Positions 47,456 through 56,157 of a stretch of DNA of 64,000 nt are shown in pieces. Under the pieces are notes generated by a model. The model had not been told where the DNA came from, made no database searches, and saw only the letters and a program-made list of their open reading frames with translations. How positions within the stretch are numbered: position 1 is the stretch's first letter; the number at the start of each line of letters is the position of its first letter. Origin of the DNA: Patescibacteria group bacterium (lineage in GTDB: Bacteria; Patescibacteriota; Microgenomatia; UBA1400; PJMF01); NCBI GenBank assembly GCA_052035325.1, contig JBPOHR010000011.1, forward strand, positions 8,131 to 72,130. The letters are read 5' to 3'. A program made the position numbers and the translations under genes.

Positions 47456-48172
47456 TTATCCACCACTATACTGGCTGCTTCTCTCGTGGTGCATCATATC
47501 CTGTATAGTCGATGTCTTCTCATAGCCAGTGCCACCAATCATCATCCCCATCCGTTGTTTTTTCTTGCTCTTGCCGTGCATTTGGGTTGCCCAAGTAGAA
47601 GCGCTTTTAATTTTCTGACGCAGCAACATGATAAAAGATCGCAGTTGTTGGAAGAAACTAATGTAGTACTTGCCATCTTGACCAGGATTGACCACTTGCG
47701 TCATCAAGGTGATGTCGACTTCTTTTTCAAATTTGATCACATCGGTAGCAAGCAACTTCAGTTCTTGACGGAGTTGGTCAATTTCTTTTTTGACTTGATT
47801 TTCGCGGGCATTGAACACATCGATAGTATCGACTGGATTGATTTGATCGTGGCGGCGCTTATGTGCTGCTTCGAGTTGCTGTTTTTCAAGTTGGCGTTGT
47901 TGCTCCGCTTGCCAATCAACGTTGTTAGCAGGATTCTGAGCATTGTCTGTTGATTGATCGGGCTGACCGTAATTGAAATCGCCGAATTGGCCACCTGTGC
48001 GAGCGAGCGCATCACTGAAGAGTTTGCTGCTGGCATCTTGGGGATTAACACCAGAGTTATCTCCGGTAGCCGGCTTTTCACGCTCCATGTCAGCCATTGC
48101 CTTGGCGAACGGATTAACGGTTGGTGGCTTTCGAGCAGGAGAGGCTAGTGGTGATGAACTCAGTGAGCTCAT
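47456..48172 (-). CDS. DUF5660-like Patescibacteria protein
   Basis: Coiled coil and NPG..G.YYISFFQQL...SA.TW...HHERS pattern, recalled from this family. Confidence 0.6.
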   Translation of the reverse strand: MSSLSSSPLASPARKPPTVNPFAKAMADMEREKPATGDNSGVNPQDASSKLFSDALARTGGQFGDFNYGQPDQSTDNAQNPANNVDWQAEQQRQLEKQQLEAAHKRRHDQINPVDTIDVFNARENQVKKEIDQLRQELKLLATDVIKFEKEVDITLMTQVVNPGQDGKYYISFFQQLRSFIMLLRQKIKSASTWATQMHGKSKKKQRMGMMIGGTGYEKTSTIQDMMHHERSSQYSGG

Positions 48173-48276
48173 ATGTAACAATTACACCTGTTTTCGTAGG
48201 ATAATCTGCCGATTATAGGCCTATTTACTCGAGGTGTCAATACAAGTGTATACAGCGCAAGTATAGCGCATTTTTG

Positions 48277-49230
48277 TTAGATTTTAAGCAAGAGTTCGTT
48301 TAGCTTTTCGCGGACAACGATTGACGACACATATGCCTTGTATTCTGGGTTGGCTTTTTGTGCTTCGCGAGCCTTAGGATCAGCGATGCGAGCAAAGTAC
48401 TTCTCGAGATCATCGTCTGTTGTGGTAGTGCCGGTTTCTTCGCGAATTGCATCAAGTACGAGTTCGAGTTGGACTCTACCCAGGACTTGCATAGCTAGAT
48501 CAGTCGACAGTTGTTCGAAGGTCAATTTGCGATGTTTTAAGTAATCATCCAGAGTCATCTTCATGCCTTGAAGCTGGCGAACGATATAATCTAGCTCGGC
48601 TTGAGTTTCCTCTTTGAGGAGAAGTTCAGGAATAGTTGGCTTGAAAGTAACCACCAATTGTTTGTAGATTTCTTGCAAGGTGAACTCACGCTGCTCATTC
48701 TCGAGTTGCTCTTTCGTTGTTTCAGGCTTTGCAGTTTCTGATTTGTCTGCTTTTTTCTCTGTTTGGTGTTCTTTGAGATGCTCTGTCCAAGATTTGTCGG
48801 CAGTTTTTTTGGCTTCTTTGACCGTTTTTTCAAAACCCTTGACCGCAATAATTGGTTTTTCTGCTATTGCAACCTCAACTACCCAGTCCTCATTCAGTGG
48901 TGCAGAAGTAATGGTGATGCTAGGTCGAGTTAGTGGCTTTTTCTTATTTTCTTCTAGAGACTGCTGATATTTCACTGGCATAATCTCTTGCAGTGTCCGC
49001 TCCGCGAGTTCTTCATGGCCAACCATGCCAGCAGCAATTGCTGGTGGTACTTTGCCAGGACGGAAACCAGCAGATTTGAGACGCTTAGCTACTTTCGCCA
49101 GGGTTTTATTGTAAATGGGCTCAATTTCACTCCATTTAAAGGTGATATTCCAAGTGGTGTTGGGACCGATTAAGGACTGTTCATTGGAAGTAGTAGGTGT
49201 TGAAGTGGTAGAAGATGTTTTTTTTGGCAC
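48277..49230 (-). CDS. tig: Trigger factor, apparently without the PPIase domain
   Basis: GFRPGKVP signature and C-terminal helical domain; only 317 aa. Confidence 0.88.
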   Translation of the reverse strand: MPKKTSSTTSTPTTSNEQSLIGPNTTWNITFKWSEIEPIYNKTLAKVAKRLKSAGFRPGKVPPAIAAGMVGHEELAERTLQEIMPVKYQQSLEENKKKPLTRPSITITSAPLNEDWVVEVAIAEKPIIAVKGFEKTVKEAKKTADKSWTEHLKEHQTEKKADKSETAKPETTKEQLENEQREFTLQEIYKQLVVTFKPTIPELLLKEETQAELDYIVRQLQGMKMTLDDYLKHRKLTFEQLSTDLAMQVLGRVQLELVLDAIREETGTTTTDDDLEKYFARIADPKAREAQKANPEYKAYVSSIVVREKLNELLLKI

Positions 49231-49317
49231 AGGTGGTGATTATACCTCATCATTGCTTCGAGAGGATGATATACTTTGGACGTTATTATTAGCTACGTAC
49301 AAGAGACACAAGGACAC

Positions 49318-50142
49318 ATGGCAGACAACAACTCGATTTTATTGCACGTTATCTGTGATTACGCTATTGGCGGCATGGAGTTTGGGGAGATAAACACCCG
49401 TCTTCAGTATCACTTGGAGAAGCCTCACGCCGTCCGCATTCATCCCACCTCTGTCCCCTCTTTGGACACCATGGCAATTGGCTTTGTGACGGCACAGTAT
49501 GCCTTTGCACCCAATCATGGCAAAATGTTCATTTACGGTAATGCTGCTCCTCGACGTGGCTCGACCAAAGCCACCAAGACTAATAGTGATAATGGTATCC
49601 AGTATGCTCGCCTCGATAATGGTGTGGAGATTGTCAATGTCTATTCAGAGTTTGCTTTTGGCTTCGTGAAGTCACATATCGTCGAGTACCGCAATATTGA
49701 CTGTCCCAACGAAGGTTCACAGTTTCGATCTCGTGACTTTTTCCCTGAGAGAGTGGCACGTTTGATTAATGGTGATCGCTCGATTTTGACTGATGAACTA
49801 GATGTGAACGACATCCCTGAGATTCCCCACAACATGGTGGCCTGGACGGATGGTTTTGGCAATATCAAGACGACTATGCGTAAGTCTGATCTTGAGAAAA
49901 TGGGCTTGAAGATGGGGCAAAATGTCCAAGTGATCTGCAACGGTGTGAGTATGACCGGGGTAATTGCTCTGGGTGGCTTTAGTGTCGATCGAGGCGTCCT
50001 GGCGGTGAACGCTGGTTCGTCAGGTTATGAGGACCCCTTTGTGGAGCTCTTCCTGCGGGTCCATCATATGACTGAGAAAACAGCCGCGGTGCGGTTTGAT
50101 TACCCAGCAGGTGGCACAGAGTTTGAGATTAAGCCGCTGTAG
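49318..50142 (+). CDS. SAM hydroxide adenosyltransferase/halogenase (DUF62)-like protein
   Basis: CDY near the N-terminus, SQFRSRDFFP, DGFGNIKT, GSSG...VELF. Confidence 0.7.
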   Translation: MADNNSILLHVICDYAIGGMEFGEINTRLQYHLEKPHAVRIHPTSVPSLDTMAIGFVTAQYAFAPNHGKMFIYGNAAPRRGSTKATKTNSDNGIQYARLDNGVEIVNVYSEFAFGFVKSHIVEYRNIDCPNEGSQFRSRDFFPERVARLINGDRSILTDELDVNDIPEIPHNMVAWTDGFGNIKTTMRKSDLEKMGLKMGQNVQVICNGVSMTGVIALGGFSVDRGVLAVNAGSSGYEDPFVELFLRVHHMTEKTAAVRFDYPAGGTEFEIKPL

Positions 50143-50166
50143 TGTTTTCTGAATAGTCACTGTGTA

Positions 50167-50254
50167 GGTGATCTTAACCCAAAAGCAGTTGTCTACTGTG
50201 TGAGTAAGATTGTTTACCTATTTGTAGACTCTCTGTTTTTGGGTTAAGATCACC
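50167..50254. repeat. Long inverted repeat directly upstream of tRNA-Cys
   Basis: GGTGATCTTAACCCAAAA (50167-50184) and TTTTGGGTTAAGATCACC (50237-50254) match over 18 bp; inner GTCTAC/GTAGAC. Confidence 0.9.
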
Positions 50255-50260
50255 ACTATT

Positions 50261-50334
50261 GGCACGGTACCAGAGTGGTCCAATGGCTAGGTCTGCAAAA
50301 CCTCAGTTCAGGGGTTCAAATCCCCTCCGTGCCT
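50261..50334 (+). tRNA. tRNA-Cys(GCA), CCA not encoded
   Basis: Acceptor GGCACGG/CCGTGCC, U73 discriminator, anticodon loop CTGCAAA. Confidence 0.93.
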
Positions 50335-50385
50335 CAATTTGTTAACTTCTTTACTCCAAGTAAGAAACACGCTAACCTAGTACGC

Positions 50386-51060
50386 ATGGATCTACGCCCC
50401 TATCTTATTTTCATTCAAAAAAAACTGATTCTGTATCAACCGCTGATTAAGACTTTTTTTGTCATCGCCGAGATTGGGGTGATCTCACTGTGGATAGTTG
50501 GGCTGTTGATGTTTGTGATGTTTCCCTATCAGGATCTTGCCAATTTTCGCCTGCATTTAATGATCTACGATATTGGTACAAAGATGGGAGTAATAGGGCT
50601 ACTGACCTACTTTGCTACTTTGACGCCTGGTATTTTGCAGCGATTTCGTTTTCAACCATTGGTGGCGGCAATGATCATGCCGTTTCGTCGACACATGGGC
50701 ATTTTGATGTTCTTGTGTGTTGTTGTGCATATGAACTTTACGACAACACTACCCTTTGTTCTGGGAGGTGCTGGTCTAGTACTTACCTCTCCAAAGGTGT
50801 TTGGGGTGGTTGCATGGCTGCTCCTACTACCTTTGTGGCTGACCTCCAATGACCCTTCGCAAAAGTATCTTGGCAAAAAATGGAAGTTGTTGCATCGTTT
50901 GACCTATCTTGTACTGTTGTTAGTTTTTTTCCACGTTGCATTGTTCTTGAAGAACTGGGCAATACCTACCTTTGGCATGTTGATTTTAGAAGCCTCGTCA
51001 TGGTTGATAGTTCTATTGCGATCGCGTCAAAGCACTGCCGCGGTGACGTCAATCCAATGA
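50386..51060 (+). CDS. Ferric-reductase-like heme membrane protein (MsrQ/YedZ-like)
   Basis: RRHMGI...VVH, PLWLTSN, LGKKWKLLHRLTY...H. Confidence 0.85.
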   Translation: MDLRPYLIFIQKKLILYQPLIKTFFVIAEIGVISLWIVGLLMFVMFPYQDLANFRLHLMIYDIGTKMGVIGLLTYFATLTPGILQRFRFQPLVAAMIMPFRRHMGILMFLCVVVHMNFTTTLPFVLGGAGLVLTSPKVFGVVAWLLLLPLWLTSNDPSQKYLGKKWKLLHRLTYLVLLLVFFHVALFLKNWAIPTFGMLILEASSWLIVLLRSRQSTAAVTSIQ

Positions 51061-51072
51061 TAAAATAGCCTG

Positions 51073-52245
51073 GTGACAAAGAGTTCTTCCCACTCCTACT
51101 ACGTACATACTTTTGGTTGCCAATCGAATAAAAGTGATTCTGAACGAATTGCCGGTGACTATGAAGCTCGTGGATATGTCGAAGCTGCTGACTGGAAGTC
51201 TGCAGATGAAATTGTGGTCAATACCTGCGCAATTCGTCAAAGCGCTGAGCATCGAGCTCGAGGTTTTTTGCATAACGTGGTTACTTTCTTTGATGAAAGT
51301 GGTCGACAACGACCAAAAATTATTTTGACAGGCTGCATGACCCATCATGGACACGCCAAGCTGCTCGAAATGTTGCCGATGGTGGATGAGATTTTGCCGA
51401 TTAATGAGGTGGGCTTTAACCAAGCGGCGGTAAGAAAAGACCAAAAGCATGCATGGATTCCGATTTCGACCGGCTGTAATTCGTTTTGTACCTACTGCAT
51501 TGTCCCCTACTCTCGAGGGCGAGAAGCATCGCGTAGTTTTGAATCAATCATGCAGGAAGTTGAAGAGTTGGTAGGAAAAGGTTTTGAAGAAATAACGTTA
51601 CTTGGCATGAATGTTAATTCTTGGGGACTTGAGAAAGTCGGAATTGGTTTTCGCAAAATGATGATGGAAAATCCGACCTACACTCGAGAAGATTTGCCCG
51701 ATAATCAGAGTCAATACTTGCAGACAGGCGAAACTCCGCCGTTTGTGAAGTTATTACGGGCAATTTCAGCGTTCGTACAGATTAAGAAAATCCGTTTTCT
51801 GACCAGTAATCCATGGGATTTTCATGATGAATTAATTGATGAAGTTGCTACAAATCAAAAAATCGATCGGTACATTCATTTACCTATCCAATCTGGTAGC
51901 AATGCAGTGTTGTATCGAATGAATCGTGGATATACCCGGGAACGATACGTTGAAGTTTTCAACAAACTAAAAGCAGCTGATCCGCAGATCACGATTGGGA
52001 CAGATATCATTGTGGGTTTTCCTGGAGAAACTGAGGAAGAGTTTCAAGAAACAGTAGATTTAGCGCAACAATTGCGTTGGCCAGTGGGTTTTGTGGCCAT
52101 GTACTCACCCCGACCTGGTACGGCAAGCTGGCGAATATACCTCGATGATGTGCCGCATGTTGAGAAGAAACGTCGTTGGGAAGTATTGGATGAAATCATT
52201 AACAAGCAACCGCTACGTGATGGGCAGCGGCCAGTTATTGTCTAG
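51073..52245 (+). CDS. miaB: tRNA methylthiotransferase MiaB, no TRAM domain
   Basis: TFGCQSN, NTCAIR, CNSFCTYC, DIIVGFPGETEE; next to miaA. Confidence 0.9.
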   Translation: MTKSSSHSYYVHTFGCQSNKSDSERIAGDYEARGYVEAADWKSADEIVVNTCAIRQSAEHRARGFLHNVVTFFDESGRQRPKIILTGCMTHHGHAKLLEMLPMVDEILPINEVGFNQAAVRKDQKHAWIPISTGCNSFCTYCIVPYSRGREASRSFESIMQEVEELVGKGFEEITLLGMNVNSWGLEKVGIGFRKMMMENPTYTREDLPDNQSQYLQTGETPPFVKLLRAISAFVQIKKIRFLTSNPWDFHDELIDEVATNQKIDRYIHLPIQSGSNAVLYRMNRGYTRERYVEVFNKLKAADPQITIGTDIIVGFPGETEEEFQETVDLAQQLRWPVGFVAMYSPRPGTASWRIYLDDVPHVEKKRRWEVLDEIINKQPLRDGQRPVIV

Positions 52246-52250
52246 ACACT

Positions 52251-53246
52251 ATGACAAACAAAATCCTGTCAATTGTGGGACCAACAGCTGTTGGAAAAAC
52301 TGCGTTCGCATGGCGGGTAGCTGAGTATTTCTGGGACGTGCATCAGATAAAATGCGATATTATTTCCGCTGATTCACGACAGGTCTACAAAGGTCTTGAG
52401 ATTTTAAGTGGTGCTGATATTCCGCCCGATGCCGAGTGGTGTGATGAATACTGGCAAGTAGGGCAGCATAGATTGTGGGGAGTATCGTTTTTGAAGCCGA
52501 CAGACGAGTGGTCTGTTGCTCATTTCCGTCGTTTTGTGAAACACATCTGCGAGCAATCTTGGCAGGCAGGACGATTACCGATATTAGTAGGTGGAACTGG
52601 TTTGTATGCAGAGTGGGCATTGTCTGATGATCCACAAATGGATTCGAAGCCTGACATGGAAATCCGAGCTAAAGCTGAAGTGCTTGATCTTGAAGAACTA
52701 CAACGTTGGGTGCAGAGTGAGGCAGCTGTCCGGTGGTCGGTGATGAATGACTCTGACCGTGCCAATCCTCGAAGACTGGTGCGAGTTTTGGAACAGACAA
52801 CAACACCTGCCGCTACCAAGCAAGTAAATGCGACTTCTAGTCTTGTGAAAAAGCGTGAAAATATTGATCAACTCGTGATTGGGATCACGGATGACATGAC
52901 AGAAATTGAGAAAAGGATTGTGATTCGCGTCGAACAACGGTGGAATCATGGTGCGATGGCTGAAGTTGACCAGTTGCTAGAGATAGTTTTAGACCAAGGG
53001 AGATTGATACCAGCTATCAGTGCTACCGGAGTAAAACAAATTGCTTCGTATATTCAAGGTGACTGTGATGAACAAGCAGCTAAAACCGCTTGGGTGGTTG
53101 CAGAAAGACAGTATGCAAAGCGTCAATTTACCTGGTGGAAAAAGCGTGAAAATGTTGAATGGACAGCAATAACAGAAATGCATTGGCAGAAGTTGGCACT
53201 AGATAAAATTACCGCTTGGTACGGCTCAAAAGAGCGGGTATACTGA
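52251..53246 (+). CDS. miaA: tRNA dimethylallyltransferase
   Basis: GPTAVGKT, SADSRQVY, VGGTGLY, YAKRQFTW. Confidence 0.95.
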   Translation: MTNKILSIVGPTAVGKTAFAWRVAEYFWDVHQIKCDIISADSRQVYKGLEILSGADIPPDAEWCDEYWQVGQHRLWGVSFLKPTDEWSVAHFRRFVKHICEQSWQAGRLPILVGGTGLYAEWALSDDPQMDSKPDMEIRAKAEVLDLEELQRWVQSEAAVRWSVMNDSDRANPRRLVRVLEQTTTPAATKQVNATSSLVKKRENIDQLVIGITDDMTEIEKRIVIRVEQRWNHGAMAEVDQLLEIVLDQGRLIPAISATGVKQIASYIQGDCDEQAAKTAWVVAERQYAKRQFTWWKKRENVEWTAITEMHWQKLALDKITAWYGSKERVY

Positions 53247-53256
53247 CCGTATATCT

Positions 53257-54291
53257 ATGTCTGAAAACATTGACACATCGGATTCAAAAGTAGCGGTACG
53301 TATCTCGCCATCTATTTTGTTCTATGCATTGGCTGTGATGGGTGGTCTGTACTTCACCTACATGGTGCGAGGTATTTTGGTTCAAGTATTTTTAGCTTTA
53401 ATCATTATGGTTGGTCTTAATCCAGCAGTGAATGTATTACACAAAAGGTTGCGATTGCCTCGAGCGCTTAGTGCATTTGTTGTCTATATCATAATGTTGG
53501 TGTCACTCATTGGCACATTTGCATTGATCATGCCGCCACTGGTTCGTGAGCTCTATCAGCTGCTGAAAATTGTAAACATTCCAATTCCTGTGTTGCAGGA
53601 TCAAATTAATAACTTGAATTTTACGGTCAGTGAATTGAGTGATTTAGCACAGCGAGTTGGCACCTCGTTTAACTTCATCTTGTCGGTGGTGACAGCGACT
53701 TTTTCTAGTGTTTTCACCTTTTTCACGGTACTGGTTATTTCCTTTTATTTACTGTTGGATCGACCACGACTGTACAAAAAACTTAGCTGGTTTACACACA
53801 AGGAAGAACACTTAGCGCTAGCGAGGGAGTTTATTGATGAGCTTGAAACACAACTGGGCGGTTGGGTGCGCGGCCAATTGGTGTTGATGATTCTAATCGG
53901 TTTGGTGACCTATGCTGGTTTGCTCGCAATTCGTGTTCCGTATGCATTACCCTTGGCTATTTTAGCCGGCATGCTAGAAGTGTTGCCAAATCTTGGACCA
54001 ACACTGGCATCCGTACCGGCTATCGCGCTAGCATTCTTTACTCTTGGACCAGTTGGTGGCGCAATTACGTTGGCCTTTTATGTCGTTGTGCAGCAACTAG
54101 AAAATAATTTGATTGTGCCGAAAATCATGAAGGATAATGCCGACGTTAATCCATTAATCGCAATTCTGGTGATCTTAGTTGGATTAAAGTTGTATGGTGT
54201 GATGGGTGCGTTGTTAGCTGTGCCTACCTATATCCTTATCAGGCTTGTGTATAGTTTGTACTATCGACATTTTTTAGCACATAGATCCTAA
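53257..54291 (+). CDS. AI-2E family transporter
   Basis: WVRGQL, EVLPNLGP, QQLENNLIVPKIM, GALLAVP. Confidence 0.92.
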   Translation: MSENIDTSDSKVAVRISPSILFYALAVMGGLYFTYMVRGILVQVFLALIIMVGLNPAVNVLHKRLRLPRALSAFVVYIIMLVSLIGTFALIMPPLVRELYQLLKIVNIPIPVLQDQINNLNFTVSELSDLAQRVGTSFNFILSVVTATFSSVFTFFTVLVISFYLLLDRPRLYKKLSWFTHKEEHLALAREFIDELETQLGGWVRGQLVLMILIGLVTYAGLLAIRVPYALPLAILAGMLEVLPNLGPTLASVPAIALAFFTLGPVGGAITLAFYVVVQQLENNLIVPKIMKDNADVNPLIAILVILVGLKLYGVMGALLAVPTYILIRLVYSLYYRHFLAHRS

Positions 54292-54310
54292 AGTAGCGTA
54301 TAATCATCTC

Positions 54311-54656
54311 AAGCGTAACCGGGTAATGGCTTTTGTTTTCTTCGGAAAACAAAAGAGGAAAGTCCGGACAGCTGGACATAGGGTGCCTGGTGAAAGCCAG
54401 GGCGTGGTTCGCTTCAGTGAACTGCGACAGTTAGAGCTGTAGAGACGAGCCGGGTGGCGCCGGGTGAAACGACCAAGCTTCTGGGTCAGTGCGTACGGCT
54501 TCGGCCAGGGCGTACTGAGCAATCCTCCCCGCTGCAACTGCCGATCTTCACCTAAATGGAGATGTCCCCCATTGCTCCTTCGTGGAGCGAGGTGATAAAG
54601 CCGCAGGCATAGATAGATCATTGCCCTCGACAGAATCCGGCTTACAGGTTACGCTT
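54311..54656 (+). ncRNA. rnpB: RNase P RNA
   Basis: P1 AAGCGTAACC/GGTTACGCTT, CR-I GAGGAAAGTCCGG, CR-V ACAGAATCCGGCTTAC. Confidence 0.95.
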
Positions 54657-54679
54657 ATAGTGATTTGAGGAGATGCGTT

Positions 54680-55384
54680 ATGAATAACATCATGATTCCG
54701 GCTAGTTGGTACAGTTCTTGGGGCGGATTTGCGAATCAGACATTCAATCAAGTCTCGTTTTTCTTGCCACGGCTGGCTGGTGCATTACTCGTGCTAGTGC
54801 TGGGGGCATTTATCGCCAAAGCGATTAAGCGTATTGTCGTCAAGATTCTCGAGACATTTCGCATGTCAAGCGCCTTGAAGAATACTCCCATTGAGCATTT
54901 TGTGGAAAATGCAGAAGTTGGCCAACGCGTTGAAGATGTGGTGGGGTCTATTGTGTATTGGTTAGCAATGTTGATTGTGGTTCACACCAGCGTGACGTTG
55001 CTTGGGCTAGAGCCACTCTCGATAGTATTGGCAAAAGTGATTGATTATTTGCCCAATATCATTTCTGCTGTCCTTGTGCTCTTCTTTGGCACATTGTTAG
55101 CTGGCGTGGTGGAAAGTGTGGTGAAGGGCGCGATCAAAACTATCGATGGTCACAGTTCGCGAGTGTTGGGAAAGATCAGTAGCTACTTGGTTGTCAGTCT
55201 GGCGGTGATGGCTGCAGTATCTGAGCTAGGTATCGCCAGTGAGTTTATTTTGATTTTGTTTGTGGGAATGGTCACGATGTTGAGTCTTGGTGGCGGTCTC
55301 GCACTCGGTCTTGGCGGACAGGATTTAGTGAAAAAAACACTCAATCGTTGGTATGATCGCCTTGAGAAAGAAGTGCGCGAATGA
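54680..55384 (+). CDS. TM-helix-repeat membrane protein (CmpX/mechanosensitive-channel-like)
   Basis: FLPRLAGA and YLPNIISA repeats; LALGLGG. Confidence 0.85.
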   Translation: MNNIMIPASWYSSWGGFANQTFNQVSFFLPRLAGALLVLVLGAFIAKAIKRIVVKILETFRMSSALKNTPIEHFVENAEVGQRVEDVVGSIVYWLAMLIVVHTSVTLLGLEPLSIVLAKVIDYLPNIISAVLVLFFGTLLAGVVESVVKGAIKTIDGHSSRVLGKISSYLVVSLAVMAAVSELGIASEFILILFVGMVTMLSLGGGLALGLGGQDLVKKTLNRWYDRLEKEVRE

Positions 55385-56157
55385 CGAGTGTTCAGGCGCT
55401 TATTTTAGGTGTGGTGCAGGGCCTCACTGAGTTCCTGCCAATTTCGAGTGATGGTCACTTGGCACTTATGCACCATGCATTGGGATTTGCTCATGCAGAT
55501 TTAGTTTTTGACGTATTTTTACATGGTGCCACATTGTTGGCAGTTATTTTATTTTTTTGGAAAGATATCTGGAAAATGTCCCTGAAAGAGGCGGCAGTGA
55601 TTGTGATTTCCACGATTCCAGCAGTGGCTTTTGGTGCAATTATCAAAGACAGACTTGAGATGTTGTCTGCATCGCTGGTGATTATTGGTGTGTTTGAAAT
55701 AGTAACTGGCTTGATGAATCTACAAGCCGCGCGTTGCATGGCAAAGCCTGGAGAAAAGTCACAAGCAGTGACATTCAAACAGGGTTTGATTATTGGCATT
55801 TTCCAAGCATTAGCAATTTTACCCGGCTGGTCACGGTCAAGTGGGACAGTGGCAGCTGCGGTGACCCAAGATATCGATCGAGAAAAAGCGTTTCGTTTTT
55901 CTTTTTTATTGGGTATTCCGGCAATTGCTGGAGCGGCAACCCTTACCTTGGTGGATGTCTGGAAGGCAGGATTTCCGGGTATTCAACCCTTTCCCTATCT
56001 AGTTGGTGGCTTCGCAGCATTTTGCGTAGGTTTGGGGGCGCTCAAATTGTTACAGTGGGTGATCTCGCACGCGAAGTTTCAATGGTTTGGATGGTATTGT
56101 TTAGCCTTGGGGTCCGTGACCATTGTGGCACCTTTGGTGGTAGCAACGCTTCGTTAG
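55381..56157 (+). CDS. uppP: Undecaprenyl-diphosphate phosphatase
   Basis: QGLTEFLPISSDGH, PGWSRS, FSFLLGIP. Confidence 0.95.
   Translation: MTSVQALILGVVQGLTEFLPISSDGHLALMHHALGFAHADLVFDVFLHGATLLAVILFFWKDIWKMSLKEAAVIVISTIPAVAFGAIIKDRLEMLSASLVIIGVFEIVTGLMNLQAARCMAKPGEKSQAVTFKQGLIIGIFQALAILPGWSRSSGTVAAAVTQDIDREKAFRFSFLLGIPAIAGAATLTLVDVWKAGFPGIQPFPYLVGGFAAFCVGLGALKLLQWVISHAKFQWFGWYCLALGSVTIVAPLVVATLR

Noticed and set aside
50275-50385. N-terminal extension of the MsrQ-like ORF
   Set aside because: It runs through tRNA-Cys; ATG 50386 is the plausible start.
54304-54751. Minus-strand ORFs 54304-54621 and 54548-54751
   Set aside because: They overlap the RNase P RNA gene.
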